From a virus (taxonomy: Duplodnaviria; Caudoviricetes): a DNA stretch of 26,121 nt. Below are positions 8,907-18,126 of the stretch, piece by piece. The notes beneath the pieces are model-generated. The model saw only the letters and a program-made list of their open reading frames with translations, had not been told where the DNA came from and made no database searches. Where the stretch lies: positions 1 to 26,121 of the IMG/VR virus record IMGVR_UViG_3300021082_000470, one strand, 5' to 3'. The position numbers and the translations under genes are program-made. The stretch's first letter is position 1; the number at the start of each line of letters is the position of its first letter.

Positions 8907-9190
8907 TATTTCACCATTGCAGCCTTCTCGTTGAACCACCGTTGTGACTTAGCCTTCTCGGCCTGCTCTACGCTACCCGTGCGGACTAGGACCGCAGTGT
9001 ACAGGCCATCCTTGGTAGAGGGATCTACTAAAGCGTGCTGGTATTGTAGCTCCGCGAGAGTGTACGGTATATTGGCAGCCCAGCATTGCTTGAGCTCGAT
9101 TGCCCACCCTAGGTAATCGGCTGGGATTCCAGGGTAGGCTGCGGCAAGGAGGCAATCGAGCTTCGCTGTTCCCGGATTTTCTCCAGGGAT
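8906..9190 (-). CDS. Start-less -1 frame ORF; putative frameshift extension of a tail assembly chaperone (lambda gpGT-like)
   Basis: 94 sense codons open in the -1 frame relative to 9109..9459 (...LAAAYPGIPADYLGWAIELKQCWAANIPYTLAELQYQHAL...RWFNEKAAMVK*); no ATG/GTG/TTG until the last three codons; stop is coupled to the next ATG. Confidence 0.6.
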   Translation of the reverse strand: MPGENPGTAKLDCLLAAAYPGIPADYLGWAIELKQCWAANIPYTLAELQYQHALVDPSTKDGLYTAVLVRTGSVEQAEKAKSQRWFNEKAAMVK

Positions 9191-9459
9191 TTATTGCCGA
9201 GAGCCACGATCACTTCGTGAAACTCAAAGGCCTGGCTCTCGAAGACCTGGTCTTCTGTGACTTGATTCTCAGGAGTGCTGAAGAGCTTGGCTAGGTACTG
9301 CCTGATCTTACGCCAGCGGGCTTCTTGATTAGCTTCCGTCTCGCACTCCCCGAGGAAGCGGCGAGCAGCGAACACATCGACCACAGCCGCAACCCCGTTC
9401 TCCCCTTCTAGCAGCAGTGTTGCTGGCTTACTGAGTTTGAATGTTCCGTTATCGCTCAC
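9109..9459 (-). CDS. Putative tail assembly chaperone (116 aa)
   Basis: Helical-looking small protein with a Ser/Pro-rich tail overlapping a start-less -1 ORF, as in G/GT pairs. Confidence 0.55.
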   Translation of the reverse strand: MSDNGTFKLSKPATLLLEGENGVAAVVDVFAARRFLGECETEANQEARWRKIRQYLAKLFSTPENQVTEDQVFESQAFEFHEVIVALGNKSLEKIREQRSSIASLPQPTLESQPIT

Positions 9460-9472
9460 TGTTGCCCTTTCG

Positions 9473-11287
9473 TCAAGCTTCTATTGAATTGCCCTTGCCC
9501 TTTACCACACTGGCTCCACAACTGGTCTCGCTGGGAGTTGGCTTGGCAGAAGACACGTAACCATTGATTCTGTATATTCTATACCCTCTTGTGAACCAAG
9601 CCGGACACGTCAAGAGGTCAAAGGCAACCCGAGGGACCTCGACGTTCTGTTCGACTAGGGTTGCCAGGTTCCCGCTAATGCTTTTGAGCTCTGGCATTGG
9701 GGGCTTGTGTTTGATGCGCAACCCCTTGAACTGTAGCAAGACATGAACAGTGGGGAGACCGTTGTGTTCGACGACGTGCTCTTGGTCTTGGGATTGTGAG
9801 TAAGAGGGGCCGCCTAATCCGACAGTGCTGCCGGTTCCGTCCTCTTGGCTGCCTAAGCCTAAGCTGCCAGGAGAAGGCATAAAAGCCACAGCCAACTTGT
9901 GCCACCACTGCTCGTCTTTACGGAGGATACGGATTCGGAGGTCGTATTCGATCCAACCTCCGTCCGCGGGGATGTTGGGGCAGGCGAAGGAGGATTGAGG
10001 TCTGCCCTGAGTGGTGGGAAGCTGGCTGCCTGTAGCCCCGATCACGATAAACTGTTGGTTCTCGCAAAGGTCAATGATTTTGGCCTCGGCGAGTTGGCTG
10101 CGAAGTGGGATTACACGAGGCGAGGCGATACCCCGATTGCCCCAAAGGTGCTGTACACTAGTCCGCCACAGATCGTAGTTGCCACGTTTGGTAGTGAAGT
10201 TGCCGTCGATTGGCACTGGCTCCCAAAGGTCCGTAGCCTTCAGCATCTCGTTGATACACTTTGTCATCGTCCATGACATGCTGAAGCTGCTGTCTCGGGC
10301 CTGGTCGAACTTGCCGCTGCGGAGACTAAGACGAGCGGGGATCGCCGTTCCGTTAGGATTTTGAGCTCGGAGCTGGGCATCCTTGGTCAAGGCAGCTGTG
10401 AGAAAGAGGATTCCGGCCAAATTCCGGGGAGCATCCAAAGCAGTCCGAACGTGCATGTTGAGCGTATAAACGGCTTCGTTGAATCCTGGACCTACGCTTT
10501 CGAAAGAGGCATCACCACCAGCAGCAATGCACCCCAAGGGAAGGAAGTCACCGGGCTGGGCTTCGTCGGTGACGGAGAAGGTCAAGCGACTGCGAGTGTA
10601 GTCTTCCCGCCAAACGTTGCTAGTACGCCGGAAGCCTTCGGGGACGAGGATTGAGATGTTGTCTCGAACCTCATCTACAATATGAGTTGGTGTCTTGCCA
10701 GTAGCGTCTCGCTTGACAGCGATTTCGGCATAGCCGCTGATAGTCCGGGAGCAAAGTCCCTCGAAGTCGTTGGACCAGGTTGTCTCAAAGTTGAAGGCGA
10801 CAAAGGCCAGCGGATTCCTAGTTCCTTGGGTGGCTAGGCACTCGGAGACGTGGAACTCAACAGCCCAGTCGATCTCGAAGGCAAGCCTTCCCCAAGGAGT
10901 GATGTTCCATCGCAGGGGGCGAGGACCATACAGAACATCGTTTTGGATCGCCGTAAAGCCACCGTTGATCCGGTCAAATCCAGTACCTAGGCCAGCGATG
11001 GTGAGGGTCTTGCCGGGAACCTTGAGAAGCCGCCGCAAGGCTTCCATCGTGGCACCCATCGATACTTCAGCAGCAGCAGATGTAGGAGACGCTACCGTAA
11101 AGATCGAATGCATCTCGAGAATGTATCGAGTGTATTTTACAGCGCGGTTGCTGTCGTCGTAAACGAACTCACCGGCGAGGCGGTAGGTTGGGGGAGTGCT
11201 CTTATAGGTTGCGTCTCCGCCACCCCATTGCACCGTGTTGTAGGTGACGGTTAAGCCGGAGAGGTTGTTTAAGACGAGGGCTGCCAT
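9473..11287 (-). CDS. Tail structural protein (604 aa), probably distal-tail/baseplate-type
   Basis: Long beta-rich ORF directly downstream of the tape-measure-like gene; function is positional inference. Confidence 0.6.
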   Translation of the reverse strand: MAALVLNNLSGLTVTYNTVQWGGGDATYKSTPPTYRLAGEFVYDDSNRAVKYTRYILEMHSIFTVASPTSAAAEVSMGATMEALRRLLKVPGKTLTIAGLGTGFDRINGGFTAIQNDVLYGPRPLRWNITPWGRLAFEIDWAVEFHVSECLATQGTRNPLAFVAFNFETTWSNDFEGLCSRTISGYAEIAVKRDATGKTPTHIVDEVRDNISILVPEGFRRTSNVWREDYTRSRLTFSVTDEAQPGDFLPLGCIAAGGDASFESVGPGFNEAVYTLNMHVRTALDAPRNLAGILFLTAALTKDAQLRAQNPNGTAIPARLSLRSGKFDQARDSSFSMSWTMTKCINEMLKATDLWEPVPIDGNFTTKRGNYDLWRTSVQHLWGNRGIASPRVIPLRSQLAEAKIIDLCENQQFIVIGATGSQLPTTQGRPQSSFACPNIPADGGWIEYDLRIRILRKDEQWWHKLAVAFMPSPGSLGLGSQEDGTGSTVGLGGPSYSQSQDQEHVVEHNGLPTVHVLLQFKGLRIKHKPPMPELKSISGNLATLVEQNVEVPRVAFDLLTCPAWFTRGYRIYRINGYVSSAKPTPSETSCGASVVKGKGNSIEA

Positions 11288-11292
11288 TGGAG

Positions 11293-12741
11293 CTAGTGAA
11301 TAGGAATGTATTCTGGAAGTCCTGGCATGTGACCGATCAGGCCACCCGGAACTGGAATCTCGTCCGTAACCTGCCCGGCAAAGGGACTATCGGGTCCGGG
11401 CTCTAGGTGCTTCTGTGCCCGGAACCAATGGAAGATGCTGGCGTTCTCTCCCTCTTGCTGTTTCCGGAACCAAGCCTTGATTTCCTGAGGCATAGCAGGA
11501 CCGAGGAAGAAGTTGGCGATTCCGTCAGTGATTGCATTAGCCAGAGTGTACTGACCCTCTTTCTGCCCGCCGAATACTTTGTTCACAATCCCTAAGATGT
11601 TGGAGAGGTCTTCGAGTCGGCTGTTGAGAGTCTGAAGTATCGGTTCAGAAATCTTGTCTCGGATCTCCTGGGTGGAGGAGCTTATGCGGCTGCGGTTCTC
11701 GATGTAATCCCCCGTCTCATCTCCCAGTCGTTGAGCCGTTCTGATACGAGACATGATATCACGGACACGGGCATTGGCTTCAGCTTGGCTTACATCAGCG
11801 CTCAGGTTGCCGATTAAGGCTCTGGCTCGTTCGGCTTCGTTAATGACCGCGGTTCCGGCAGCGATTGGCACACCAGCAGCAGCTACACCCACAGCGAGGT
11901 AGGGGGCAGCAGCACCTAACCCACTGGCGAGGGCAGTTACTGAGGGGATGTTGGCAACAGCACTAGCACCTAGGTTGCCGACTGCACTCGGAACAAGGCC
12001 ACCCTGTGCAGCAATTCCTGCGATCAGGTTAGCCGCACGCTGTACACCAGGGTGAACTGTGTTAGCTTTCTCTGCTTCTTCTTGATTGCGGAACTGGGCT
12101 TGTACCGGAGGAGTACGACGTTCGCTTTCCGTAAGCTGCTGATCGGACGACAGTGGCGGAGGGGTTTGGGCATTCGCTGCACGGTTAGCCCTCTCCCGTT
12201 CCTGCTCTCTGCCGAGGCGAAGTTGCTCGGACTGGATCCAGCTGTCTTCTTGAACCCGCCGTAGCTCGGGCGTGTTTAGCAGGTCTTCAGTGCGTGTGGG
12301 AGCAGTTGGAGATGTAGCCGGGCTGGCAACTGGGGCCGAAGCTGGAACGGACGTCACGTTACGAGCAGCGGAGAGGAGCTTGGTTGCTTCGGCGAGGGTA
12401 GTTCCTAGAGCCTTCTGTAGCTCGGCAGCAGTGACGTTGGGGTCGGCTGTGTAGATACCCTGGACTGTACCCAGCAGCCCCTGGGCTCCGGCTGGAGAAG
12501 GCTGTGGAGCCGTTGCAGAGGAGGGGCTAGGTGGGCTGGGGGCCGTTACAGTAGCGGGCTGGCTGCCCTTACCAGCTAGGGAAGAGGCTCCACCGAGTTG
12601 GCTGAGAAGCTTTTGGAAGTCGGCTGCGATTACCTTGCCAACGTCTTCAGCAGAAGGGCCGCCTTGCGCTGTGGTGGGGCTTGTAGCAGGTGTAGTGCTG
12701 CTACTATCTTCCAGCCTAAATGTGACCTTCGCCTCTTCCAT
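11293..12741 (-). CDS. Tape-measure-like protein (482 aa)
   Basis: Begins MEEAKVTFRLED; Ala/Gly-rich hydrophobic segment (LASGLGAAAPYLAVGVAAAG) followed by helical region; lies downstream of the tail tube. Confidence 0.6.
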   Translation of the reverse strand: MEEAKVTFRLEDSSSTTPATSPTTAQGGPSAEDVGKVIAADFQKLLSQLGGASSLAGKGSQPATVTAPSPPSPSSATAPQPSPAGAQGLLGTVQGIYTADPNVTAAELQKALGTTLAEATKLLSAARNVTSVPASAPVASPATSPTAPTRTEDLLNTPELRRVQEDSWIQSEQLRLGREQERERANRAANAQTPPPLSSDQQLTESERRTPPVQAQFRNQEEAEKANTVHPGVQRAANLIAGIAAQGGLVPSAVGNLGASAVANIPSVTALASGLGAAAPYLAVGVAAAGVPIAAGTAVINEAERARALIGNLSADVSQAEANARVRDIMSRIRTAQRLGDETGDYIENRSRISSSTQEIRDKISEPILQTLNSRLEDLSNILGIVNKVFGGQKEGQYTLANAITDGIANFFLGPAMPQEIKAWFRKQQEGENASIFHWFRAQKHLEPGPDSPFAGQVTDEIPVPGGLIGHMPGLPEYIPIH

Positions 12742-12750
12742 TGACTCACA

Positions 12751-12966
12751 CTACGGTACATCACGTGGCATCCACCCGTTCCAGCTCCACCCACATTCCC
12801 ACATGTCTCGCTCTACGGCTAGAACATCAGGGTAGGGGTTAGCCGTCTTAGGCAAGCCGCGAACCCAGCGAGCTTCGTAGCCAGCGTTGTAGGCATCGAT
12901 CTTGGCGGCTGTGTCCTTGTCGTAGGGGAGTACTGACAGACACAGGAGGATGAAGGTGTTGAACAT
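12751..12966 (-). CDS. Rmf/CrpP-fold-like small protein with hydrophobic N-terminus
   Basis: AYNAGYEA...G...NPY......R..W..GW matches the Rmf-type pattern; TAATG coupling to the tail tube gene. Confidence 0.6.
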   Translation of the reverse strand: MFNTFILLCLSVLPYDKDTAAKIDAYNAGYEARWVRGLPKTANPYPDVLAVERDMWECGWSWNGWMPRDVP

Positions 12967-13490
12967 TAAGTGTCAGTGTAGTATTTTGCACTTCCCACGG
13001 TGCTGCTGTTCTGCTCGGGTAAGCAGCACATCAACACAGGGACGTTCCGTTCGGTTGGGCCGAAAGTAATGTCCAGGTTGTGTCCGGGAAGCAAGCCGGA
13101 GAGAGGGTAAGTTCGGGTTGCTGGACCCTTGGTAGCGGCAGGTGTTCCAGCTAGGGCAGTGAGCACGATCTGCCCGAAGTAGGGGTTCAGCAGCTCACCA
13201 ACAATCGGGTAGATGCCCATTGCGGCGTTGTACTGCCACATGAATGCCTTAGCGCCGGCATCCCACTCCTTGACCGTGGCGATGACGAACACACCACCAC
13301 CTTGAAACACGTAGTCGATGATGTGCCTTCCCCACAGCGTTGCATAGATTGGGAGAGCAATGACATTCTGCTGGTGCCGGATCGGGCCTTCCATCAGTCC
13401 AAGGGTCGTCGCAGCACCGCTGTTGAGACCGGCGACAGCATAGGTAGCCTGATACGGACCTGTTGGGAAGTCACCGGTAATTACGGCCAT
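12966..13490 (-). CDS. Putative tail tube protein (174 aa)
   Basis: Size, beta-rich pattern (LGLMEGPI...IIDYVFQGGGVFV) and position between neck genes and tape measure. Confidence 0.65.
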   Translation of the reverse strand: MAVITGDFPTGPYQATYAVAGLNSGAATTLGLMEGPIRHQQNVIALPIYATLWGRHIIDYVFQGGGVFVIATVKEWDAGAKAFMWQYNAAMGIYPIVGELLNPYFGQIVLTALAGTPAATKGPATRTYPLSGLLPGHNLDITFGPTERNVPVLMCCLPEQNSSTVGSAKYYTDT

Positions 13491-13526
13491 GAATCTAACT
13501 CCTCAAGGGAGATTGTGTCGGGTCAG

Positions 13527-13829
13527 TTATTCAGCACTCGGGTGGATGCGCAACCCCACCGAAGAGAGAGATGTCTCCACGTCTTCGGTCAAGTCGAGGA
13601 GGGTTACGAACCCAGCCTGTGGGAAGGCACCACACCACTTCTTACAAGCCTCGTATTCCTTGAGCTTCATCTCGAGGACGTAGCCGAGGTGACTCAAGCC
13701 ATCCTCCTCGTGCCAAGCAGCAGGGCTGACAGGAAGCTCGGCTTCCTTGATGAAAGGCTTAAGGCCTGACTTATCGATCAGGTCGGCCTTCATCTGGGCT
13801 TTACGGACGATCAAGAGTTTTCGGATCAT
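13527..13829 (-). CDS. Hypothetical protein (100 aa)
   Basis: ATG 1 nt after the upstream stop; fills the operon gap. Confidence 0.65.
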   Translation of the reverse strand: MIRKLLIVRKAQMKADLIDKSGLKPFIKEAELPVSPAAWHEEDGLSHLGYVLEMKLKEYEACKKWCGAFPQAGFVTLLDLTEDVETSLSSVGLRIHPSAE

Positions 13830-13830
13830 G

Positions 13831-14505
13831 TTAGTAGGTGTGGTAATGAGTGCCGTGGCTGTATCCGTGTTCTTGAGCCAGCTTGTGAAAGGCGGCTAGG
13901 TTCTTATGGGGCACAGCAAACCCGCCACGACTGTCAGAATCGCCTCCGTGCTTGCCAACCAGCGTGTGGAACTTCTCTGTGTCAAGACCATTACCACCTT
14001 CGTACATCCCATGGGCGAAGTCTTTGCTGTGGTGCTCTTTCAAGAACTTGGACCGTTGTATTCTTGGATCGTCTGGATTAGCCCGATTAGCTTCCTCATG
14101 CTGTGTCACTGTCTCCGGCTGCATCAACACCGGGGGAGCAACGGAGCCTGCGTCGGAGAGGCGGGACTCGGCTTCGGAGAATTGGTGTTCAGCGAATTGG
14201 TCATCTCTAAGGTGTGGTTCTGGAAGTTTGGCTTTTGACTTGTTATGCTCGTCCATAACCTTGTCGTTGTGTCTAAGGACAGAATGCCAGAGGTGGTGCT
14301 TACCCTCATCAAATGACTTCCTTGCCTGTTCTTCGCTGCCACCGGTGTGGGTTCCGTACCACTGGCCATGTTTGTATCCGGGAATGGTGCCTGGCTTGTG
14401 AGGTGTGCGATGCACTTCCCAGCGGTTATTGGGAGTAGCCAGCGAGACGTTTAGATTGTATAGCAGCTTGTTTAAGCCGCTTTTGGAGACTTTCTTTAGG
14501 CCCAT
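13831..14505 (-). CDS. His-rich putative internal (cargo) polyprotein, 224 aa
   Basis: Likely start ATG 14505 (MGLKKV), 4 nt after the upstream stop; 23 His; QFAE, QFSE and QHEE motifs; C-terminal shared His-rich domain. Confidence 0.75.
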   Translation of the reverse strand: MGLKKVSKSGLNKLLYNLNVSLATPNNRWEVHRTPHKPGTIPGYKHGQWYGTHTGGSEEQARKSFDEGKHHLWHSVLRHNDKVMDEHNKSKAKLPEPHLRDDQFAEHQFSEAESRLSDAGSVAPPVLMQPETVTQHEEANRANPDDPRIQRSKFLKEHHSKDFAHGMYEGGNGLDTEKFHTLVGKHGGDSDSRGGFAVPHKNLAAFHKLAQEHGYSHGTHYHTY

Positions 14506-14509
14506 AGTG

Positions 14510-15097
14510 TTACCCGATTGCGTCTTCTGTTTCTCGGAGCTTCTGTTCACGCATACAGCCGCGGAAGCGAAGACGATAGCCAAGGAAGGCCTGGTCCTCT
14601 CCACCCCGGTTGTCAAGCGTTACGCTTTCCATTCGACCTCTACCGCGATAGTTCCAAGGGGTGATAAACTCCGCCCCGTCGTTCTCGTTCGGTAGGTTAC
14701 AGTAGGTGTTCAAGGCAGTGCGGAAAGACCAGTTGTTGTGCAACCCGTTGGGCTTGGTTGGGTCTCCCGACTTGTGAACTATAACCGCTCGCTCTAGGTC
14801 GTGTAAAGTCCACGAACCTAACAAATACAAATCTTGTGGCATCTTCAGCAAGCCGCGACGGTCTTTTGCGAGGAACTCTGGCCGGCGCCAAATGCCAATT
14901 TGGATGTTGAGGATCTCCCTGAGTGAGTCGGTGACTTCCGAACCGGTTTCTACTCCCATGTCGTCAATTGCTATGAAAAAGTTGCCAGCATCGTAGCTGG
15001 GCAAGGCGTCGTGACTAACAGCGCACTCGTTCCACTTCCAGCTGAACCGATCTCTCAGCCAGGTTTGAGTGAACTCGAGTGCGAGGGCCATGGACAT
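14510..15097 (-). CDS. Putative tail terminator/completion protein (195 aa)
   Basis: Position between gpG-like and tail tube genes; alpha/beta pattern ending in a GYRLRF strand. Confidence 0.55.
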   Translation of the reverse strand: MSMALALEFTQTWLRDRFSWKWNECAVSHDALPSYDAGNFFIAIDDMGVETGSEVTDSLREILNIQIGIWRRPEFLAKDRRGLLKMPQDLYLLGSWTLHDLERAVIVHKSGDPTKPNGLHNNWSFRTALNTYCNLPNENDGAEFITPWNYRGRGRMESVTLDNRGGEDQAFLGYRLRFRGCMREQKLRETEDAIG

Positions 15098-15100
15098 AGG

Positions 15101-15754
15101 TTAATAATGATCGTGTACCGAATAGTGATCACCATGGGTGAACCCAGACGCCTTGGCATCCTTGTGAAAGGCTCTAATACCTTCCTTCGGTATGCCGAAA
15201 TGCGTGACGTTTTTTCCTTCCTTATAGTCTTCAGCGTGTCTGTCTAACAGGTCGTGAAATGTGTGCTTGTTTCCCTTGCTGTGATGAAACGTGCCAACAA
15301 AGTGTGTAGAAGTATTCGCCTTCTCCGCATGCTGGCTGCTGACAGGAAGATACTGGTTTTCCGCGACCAGCTCTCTCGCCCTCTCCGATGTTACGTGGGC
15401 AGCATTGAGCTGGCGGGTGTCCCGGAGGTCTTCAGTCTCTTCTTCATGCTGAGAAGACTTGTAGCCTATGTGATGTTCCTGGGCGTCAGCCATTGCGTCT
15501 TCCAATGAGGAATGGAGAGCAGCACCCACTCTGATCCCTTTCCCCGAGTACTTCATGACATGTGTGGAAGGCTTGCCGGTCTTATAGATGACGTCCCCTG
15601 GGGTCTTCATTTTCTCAATGCTGTAGTTGAGTCCCTTACTGCTAGATGCTTTGTGCACCTCACGACCTCGAGCATCGTACCCTTTCTGAAAGTTCAGGCC
15701 GTCGGAGGATTCGGAGTGCTGGGACACAGGCTTGATGTCTTGGGGTCTTGACAC
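15101..15754 (-). CDS. His-rich putative internal (cargo) polyprotein, 217 aa
   Basis: 21 His; QHSE, QHEE and QHAE flank two small domains; contains scaffold-like HVTSERARELVAENQYL; C-terminal shared His-rich domain. Confidence 0.75.
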   Translation of the reverse strand: MSRPQDIKPVSQHSESSDGLNFQKGYDARGREVHKASSSKGLNYSIEKMKTPGDVIYKTGKPSTHVMKYSGKGIRVGAALHSSLEDAMADAQEHHIGYKSSQHEEETEDLRDTRQLNAAHVTSERARELVAENQYLPVSSQHAEKANTSTHFVGTFHHSKGNKHTFHDLLDRHAEDYKEGKNVTHFGIPKEGIRAFHKDAKASGFTHGDHYSVHDHY

Positions 15755-15756
15755 GG

Positions 15757-16104
15757 CTACACCTTGGATAATTGCTTGTCTAGTTCTTTGAACGCATCTT
15801 CAACAGCTGAGTCGGGGTCGCCGCTGTAGGCAATTGGGTTGATTCCCTCAACACGGCCATCCTTGTGGATCAGAGTGAGGCTGAGCTTGCAGAACCACTG
15901 CCACACTCCTGCTCGAGTTGCTTGGCAAAGGAGGAAGCTGCCTTCCCGGTTGTCTCTACAGAATTCCTTAACCCGTTCCCACACTTCTCTGGGAGAAGCA
16001 TCCAGAGTGTAATTGTGAGGCCCGGAAGCTCCCCACTGCTTAAGGTCTTGAACAACGTCGCGGTTGTGGTTGGGGTTGAGGAATGTACCCTTGTCTGCTG
16101 TCAC
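15757..16104 (-). CDS. Hypothetical protein (115 aa)
   Basis: GTGA overlap with the upstream stop and GGAGG upstream of the start. Confidence 0.7.
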   Translation of the reverse strand: MTADKGTFLNPNHNRDVVQDLKQWGASGPHNYTLDASPREVWERVKEFCRDNREGSFLLCQATRAGVWQWFCKLSLTLIHKDGRVEGINPIAYSGDPDSAVEDAFKELDKQLSKV

Positions 16105-16943
16105 AGTGGCTTCCCTCCCCCGTTATACAGCTCGGCGATTCGGACTAAGCCGGCGATTCCTGCCCCGAGGATTTGGTTCCACCAATCCGTTGGGAATTGG
16201 GAAGGCCAGAGACGACGGCGACGCTTGCCCTTGCCGTGGTGGTGATATTTGGCCTTCTCGTCGTTGGTTCCGACAACAATGCAGCCAGCGAGAGAAGTCT
16301 CCAGCTCCTGATTCGTTCCACCCGCCCCGTTTGGCTTGTTGTATTCTGCTCCTGGGCCAGAGGCAGCCTCGGACAGCTGACCGGGTTGGAGACTTTGACG
16401 AAGACGGCCGGTATCGACTAGGATCTGCACCTTGCGGTTGCCATATACGTCAAGCTTGGTCTTGCCGCCAGCTTTCTTGACAGCAGCCCAGGCGAGCTGA
16501 GCAGCACGTTGCTTGGCCTGCTCAATTGGCATTCGCTTTACTAGCCAGCCTAGGCGAGTGCCGAAGATCTGCTTCCACAGGAGAATCTGGTCTCGGGTGA
16601 GCAGGCCGTTGTGGGGACCGACCCCATGCTTATGCCCACGGCCTAAGCCGGCTGCCTTCTTGAGAGTCTGCATCTCTCCGGGACCGAAGCGGCGTCCATA
16701 GGCTAGATAGGCTCTGGAAAGGGGAGCCCATTTATCGCCATCAGCACCAGCTTGGCCTCTGCCCAGCTCTTCGAAGTTGGGTGCTACTAGGCTGATGAAG
16801 GTGTAACCGAGACGGAGCTTGAAGCCCTGGGCGATACTATAGACGTCTGGGACCGAGCCGCTGAGGATTGCCGGGAGCCTGCGCAGCAACGCAACCAGCG
16901 TTGGCTTGCTGTCTCGACTTACGGTAACAGTCGTCTCAGACAT
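16101..16943 (-). CDS. Mu gpG / P2 gpS-like virion morphogenesis (neck/tail completion) protein
   Basis: G.KWAPLS..Y, ILVDTGRLRQSL, VVGTN...AKYHHHG...RR motifs; likely start ATG 16943. Confidence 0.85.
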   Translation of the reverse strand: MSETTVTVSRDSKPTLVALLRRLPAILSGSVPDVYSIAQGFKLRLGYTFISLVAPNFEELGRGQAGADGDKWAPLSRAYLAYGRRFGPGEMQTLKKAAGLGRGHKHGVGPHNGLLTRDQILLWKQIFGTRLGWLVKRMPIEQAKQRAAQLAWAAVKKAGGKTKLDVYGNRKVQILVDTGRLRQSLQPGQLSEAASGPGAEYNKPNGAGGTNQELETSLAGCIVVGTNDEKAKYHHHGKGKRRRRLWPSQFPTDWWNQILGAGIAGLVRIAELYNGGGKPL

Positions 16944-16944
16944 C

Positions 16945-17238
16945 CTAGTAGCTATATCCCTTGAAGCGTGGTTTTCGGGGTTCAAACCCCAACACACGCA
17001 TTTTCTTGTAACGGGCCATCGCTTCTTCGTACATCGCTCGCTTCTCTTCCGCTTCTGCCAGAGGCAGCTCTTGGGCTACCCGTTCGGCATGGGCAGCGAG
17101 ACGAGCTTCGTGCCCCGGAACTCCATAGCTAAAATTGTTGAGGGTGTGGGCATAACACTTGGGCTCTTGTTCGGAGGCGGTCGCATCTTTGGGAGTAAAA
17201 AAGTTAGGTCCAACAGCACCGAGCTTCAACCAACCCAT
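16945..17238 (-). CDS. Hypothetical protein (97 aa)
   Basis: GGGAG upstream of the ATG; stop lies 1 nt before the next start. Confidence 0.65.
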   Translation of the reverse strand: MGWLKLGAVGPNFFTPKDATASEQEPKCYAHTLNNFSYGVPGHEARLAAHAERVAQELPLAEAEEKRAMYEEAMARYKKMRVLGFEPRKPRFKGYSY

Positions 17239-17329
17239 CGTGACTCTCCCCAGAGAGGACGGAAACGGCTATTCAGTCCATTTTAGCCTGTCTTGCGTCG
17301 CCGCTAGCCTGCTTGGAGTCCTTCACCTG

Positions 17330-17761
17330 TTAGTCCGCTTCTCGTTTGGTTGGCCAAGAGACATCTGGGCCGAATTTCTGTTTGAGCGTCTCGATATCAT
17401 CCGACAGCCGGTTGATGTCTTTCTGCTGTTCCAGGTTTTGGACCCTCAGACCTTCTTGAACCTTGATGCATTCTCGTTCTCGATTCCGAACTTCTTCCAA
17501 TGCCTCGGAAAGATGGCCGATTTGTTCCTTCCTCTCTTTCTCCAGCTTCTCGTTCTGTGTGGTCAGAGTGGCGATGACGTACTCGTAGCCCCTATTGAAT
17601 TGCTGGTCTTCGTATTGGCGATCAATGCGCTTCTCAGCATTCAATTGCACTTTGGCTTTAATCAAAAAGCCAATGATAGTGCCAATAGCGGTTCCTGCTG
17701 CAATGAGGAGTCCACCTATTGCACCCAACGTACCAATGTCCAGGCTTAGAACACCTATCAC
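17330..17761 (-). CDS. Membrane-anchored coiled-coil protein (holin/spanin-like), 143 aa
   Basis: GTG 17761 overlaps the upstream TGA; N-terminal TM (LGAIGGLLIAAGTAIGTIIGFLI) then coiled coil. Confidence 0.65.
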   Translation of the reverse strand: MIGVLSLDIGTLGAIGGLLIAAGTAIGTIIGFLIKAKVQLNAEKRIDRQYEDQQFNRGYEYVIATLTTQNEKLEKERKEQIGHLSEALEEVRNRERECIKVQEGLRVQNLEQQKDINRLSDDIETLKQKFGPDVSWPTKREAD

Positions 17762-18123
17762 TTTGACCCTTCCGTGAGGTTGCTGATTGTCTTTGCCATG
17801 GCATTGGTAGCGATCTGCATATCTCGTAGGCTCGGTGAACGAATCCACTCGACGGTCATGAACACGAGATATACAGAGCTGACTACGGATATTGCGGCGT
17901 TGACTGCTAAGAACGCGACGACAGTTGGCGGGCCGACTACTTTGAACACAACTAACAGATATGCAATGTGGGTCAATGTCTTGGAGATGAGCCAAAGCAA
18001 GGCGGGGGCTAAGAGTTGGTGCCGTTTGTAGATGAGTGCCGCCAGCAAAGCCCCTATCAGTAGCAGGCACGCTGCTATAATGGTGATGTTTGACACGATG
18101 TACAGCACAGCTTGTTCTTTCAT
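17758..18123 (-). CDS. Multi-pass membrane protein (holin-like), 121 aa
   Basis: Three hydrophobic segments; tightly coupled to neighbours. Confidence 0.7.
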   Translation of the reverse strand: MKEQAVLYIVSNITIIAACLLLIGALLAALIYKRHQLLAPALLWLISKTLTHIAYLLVVFKVVGPPTVVAFLAVNAAISVVSSVYLVFMTVEWIRSPSLRDMQIATNAMAKTISNLTEGSK

Positions 18124-18126
18124 TTG

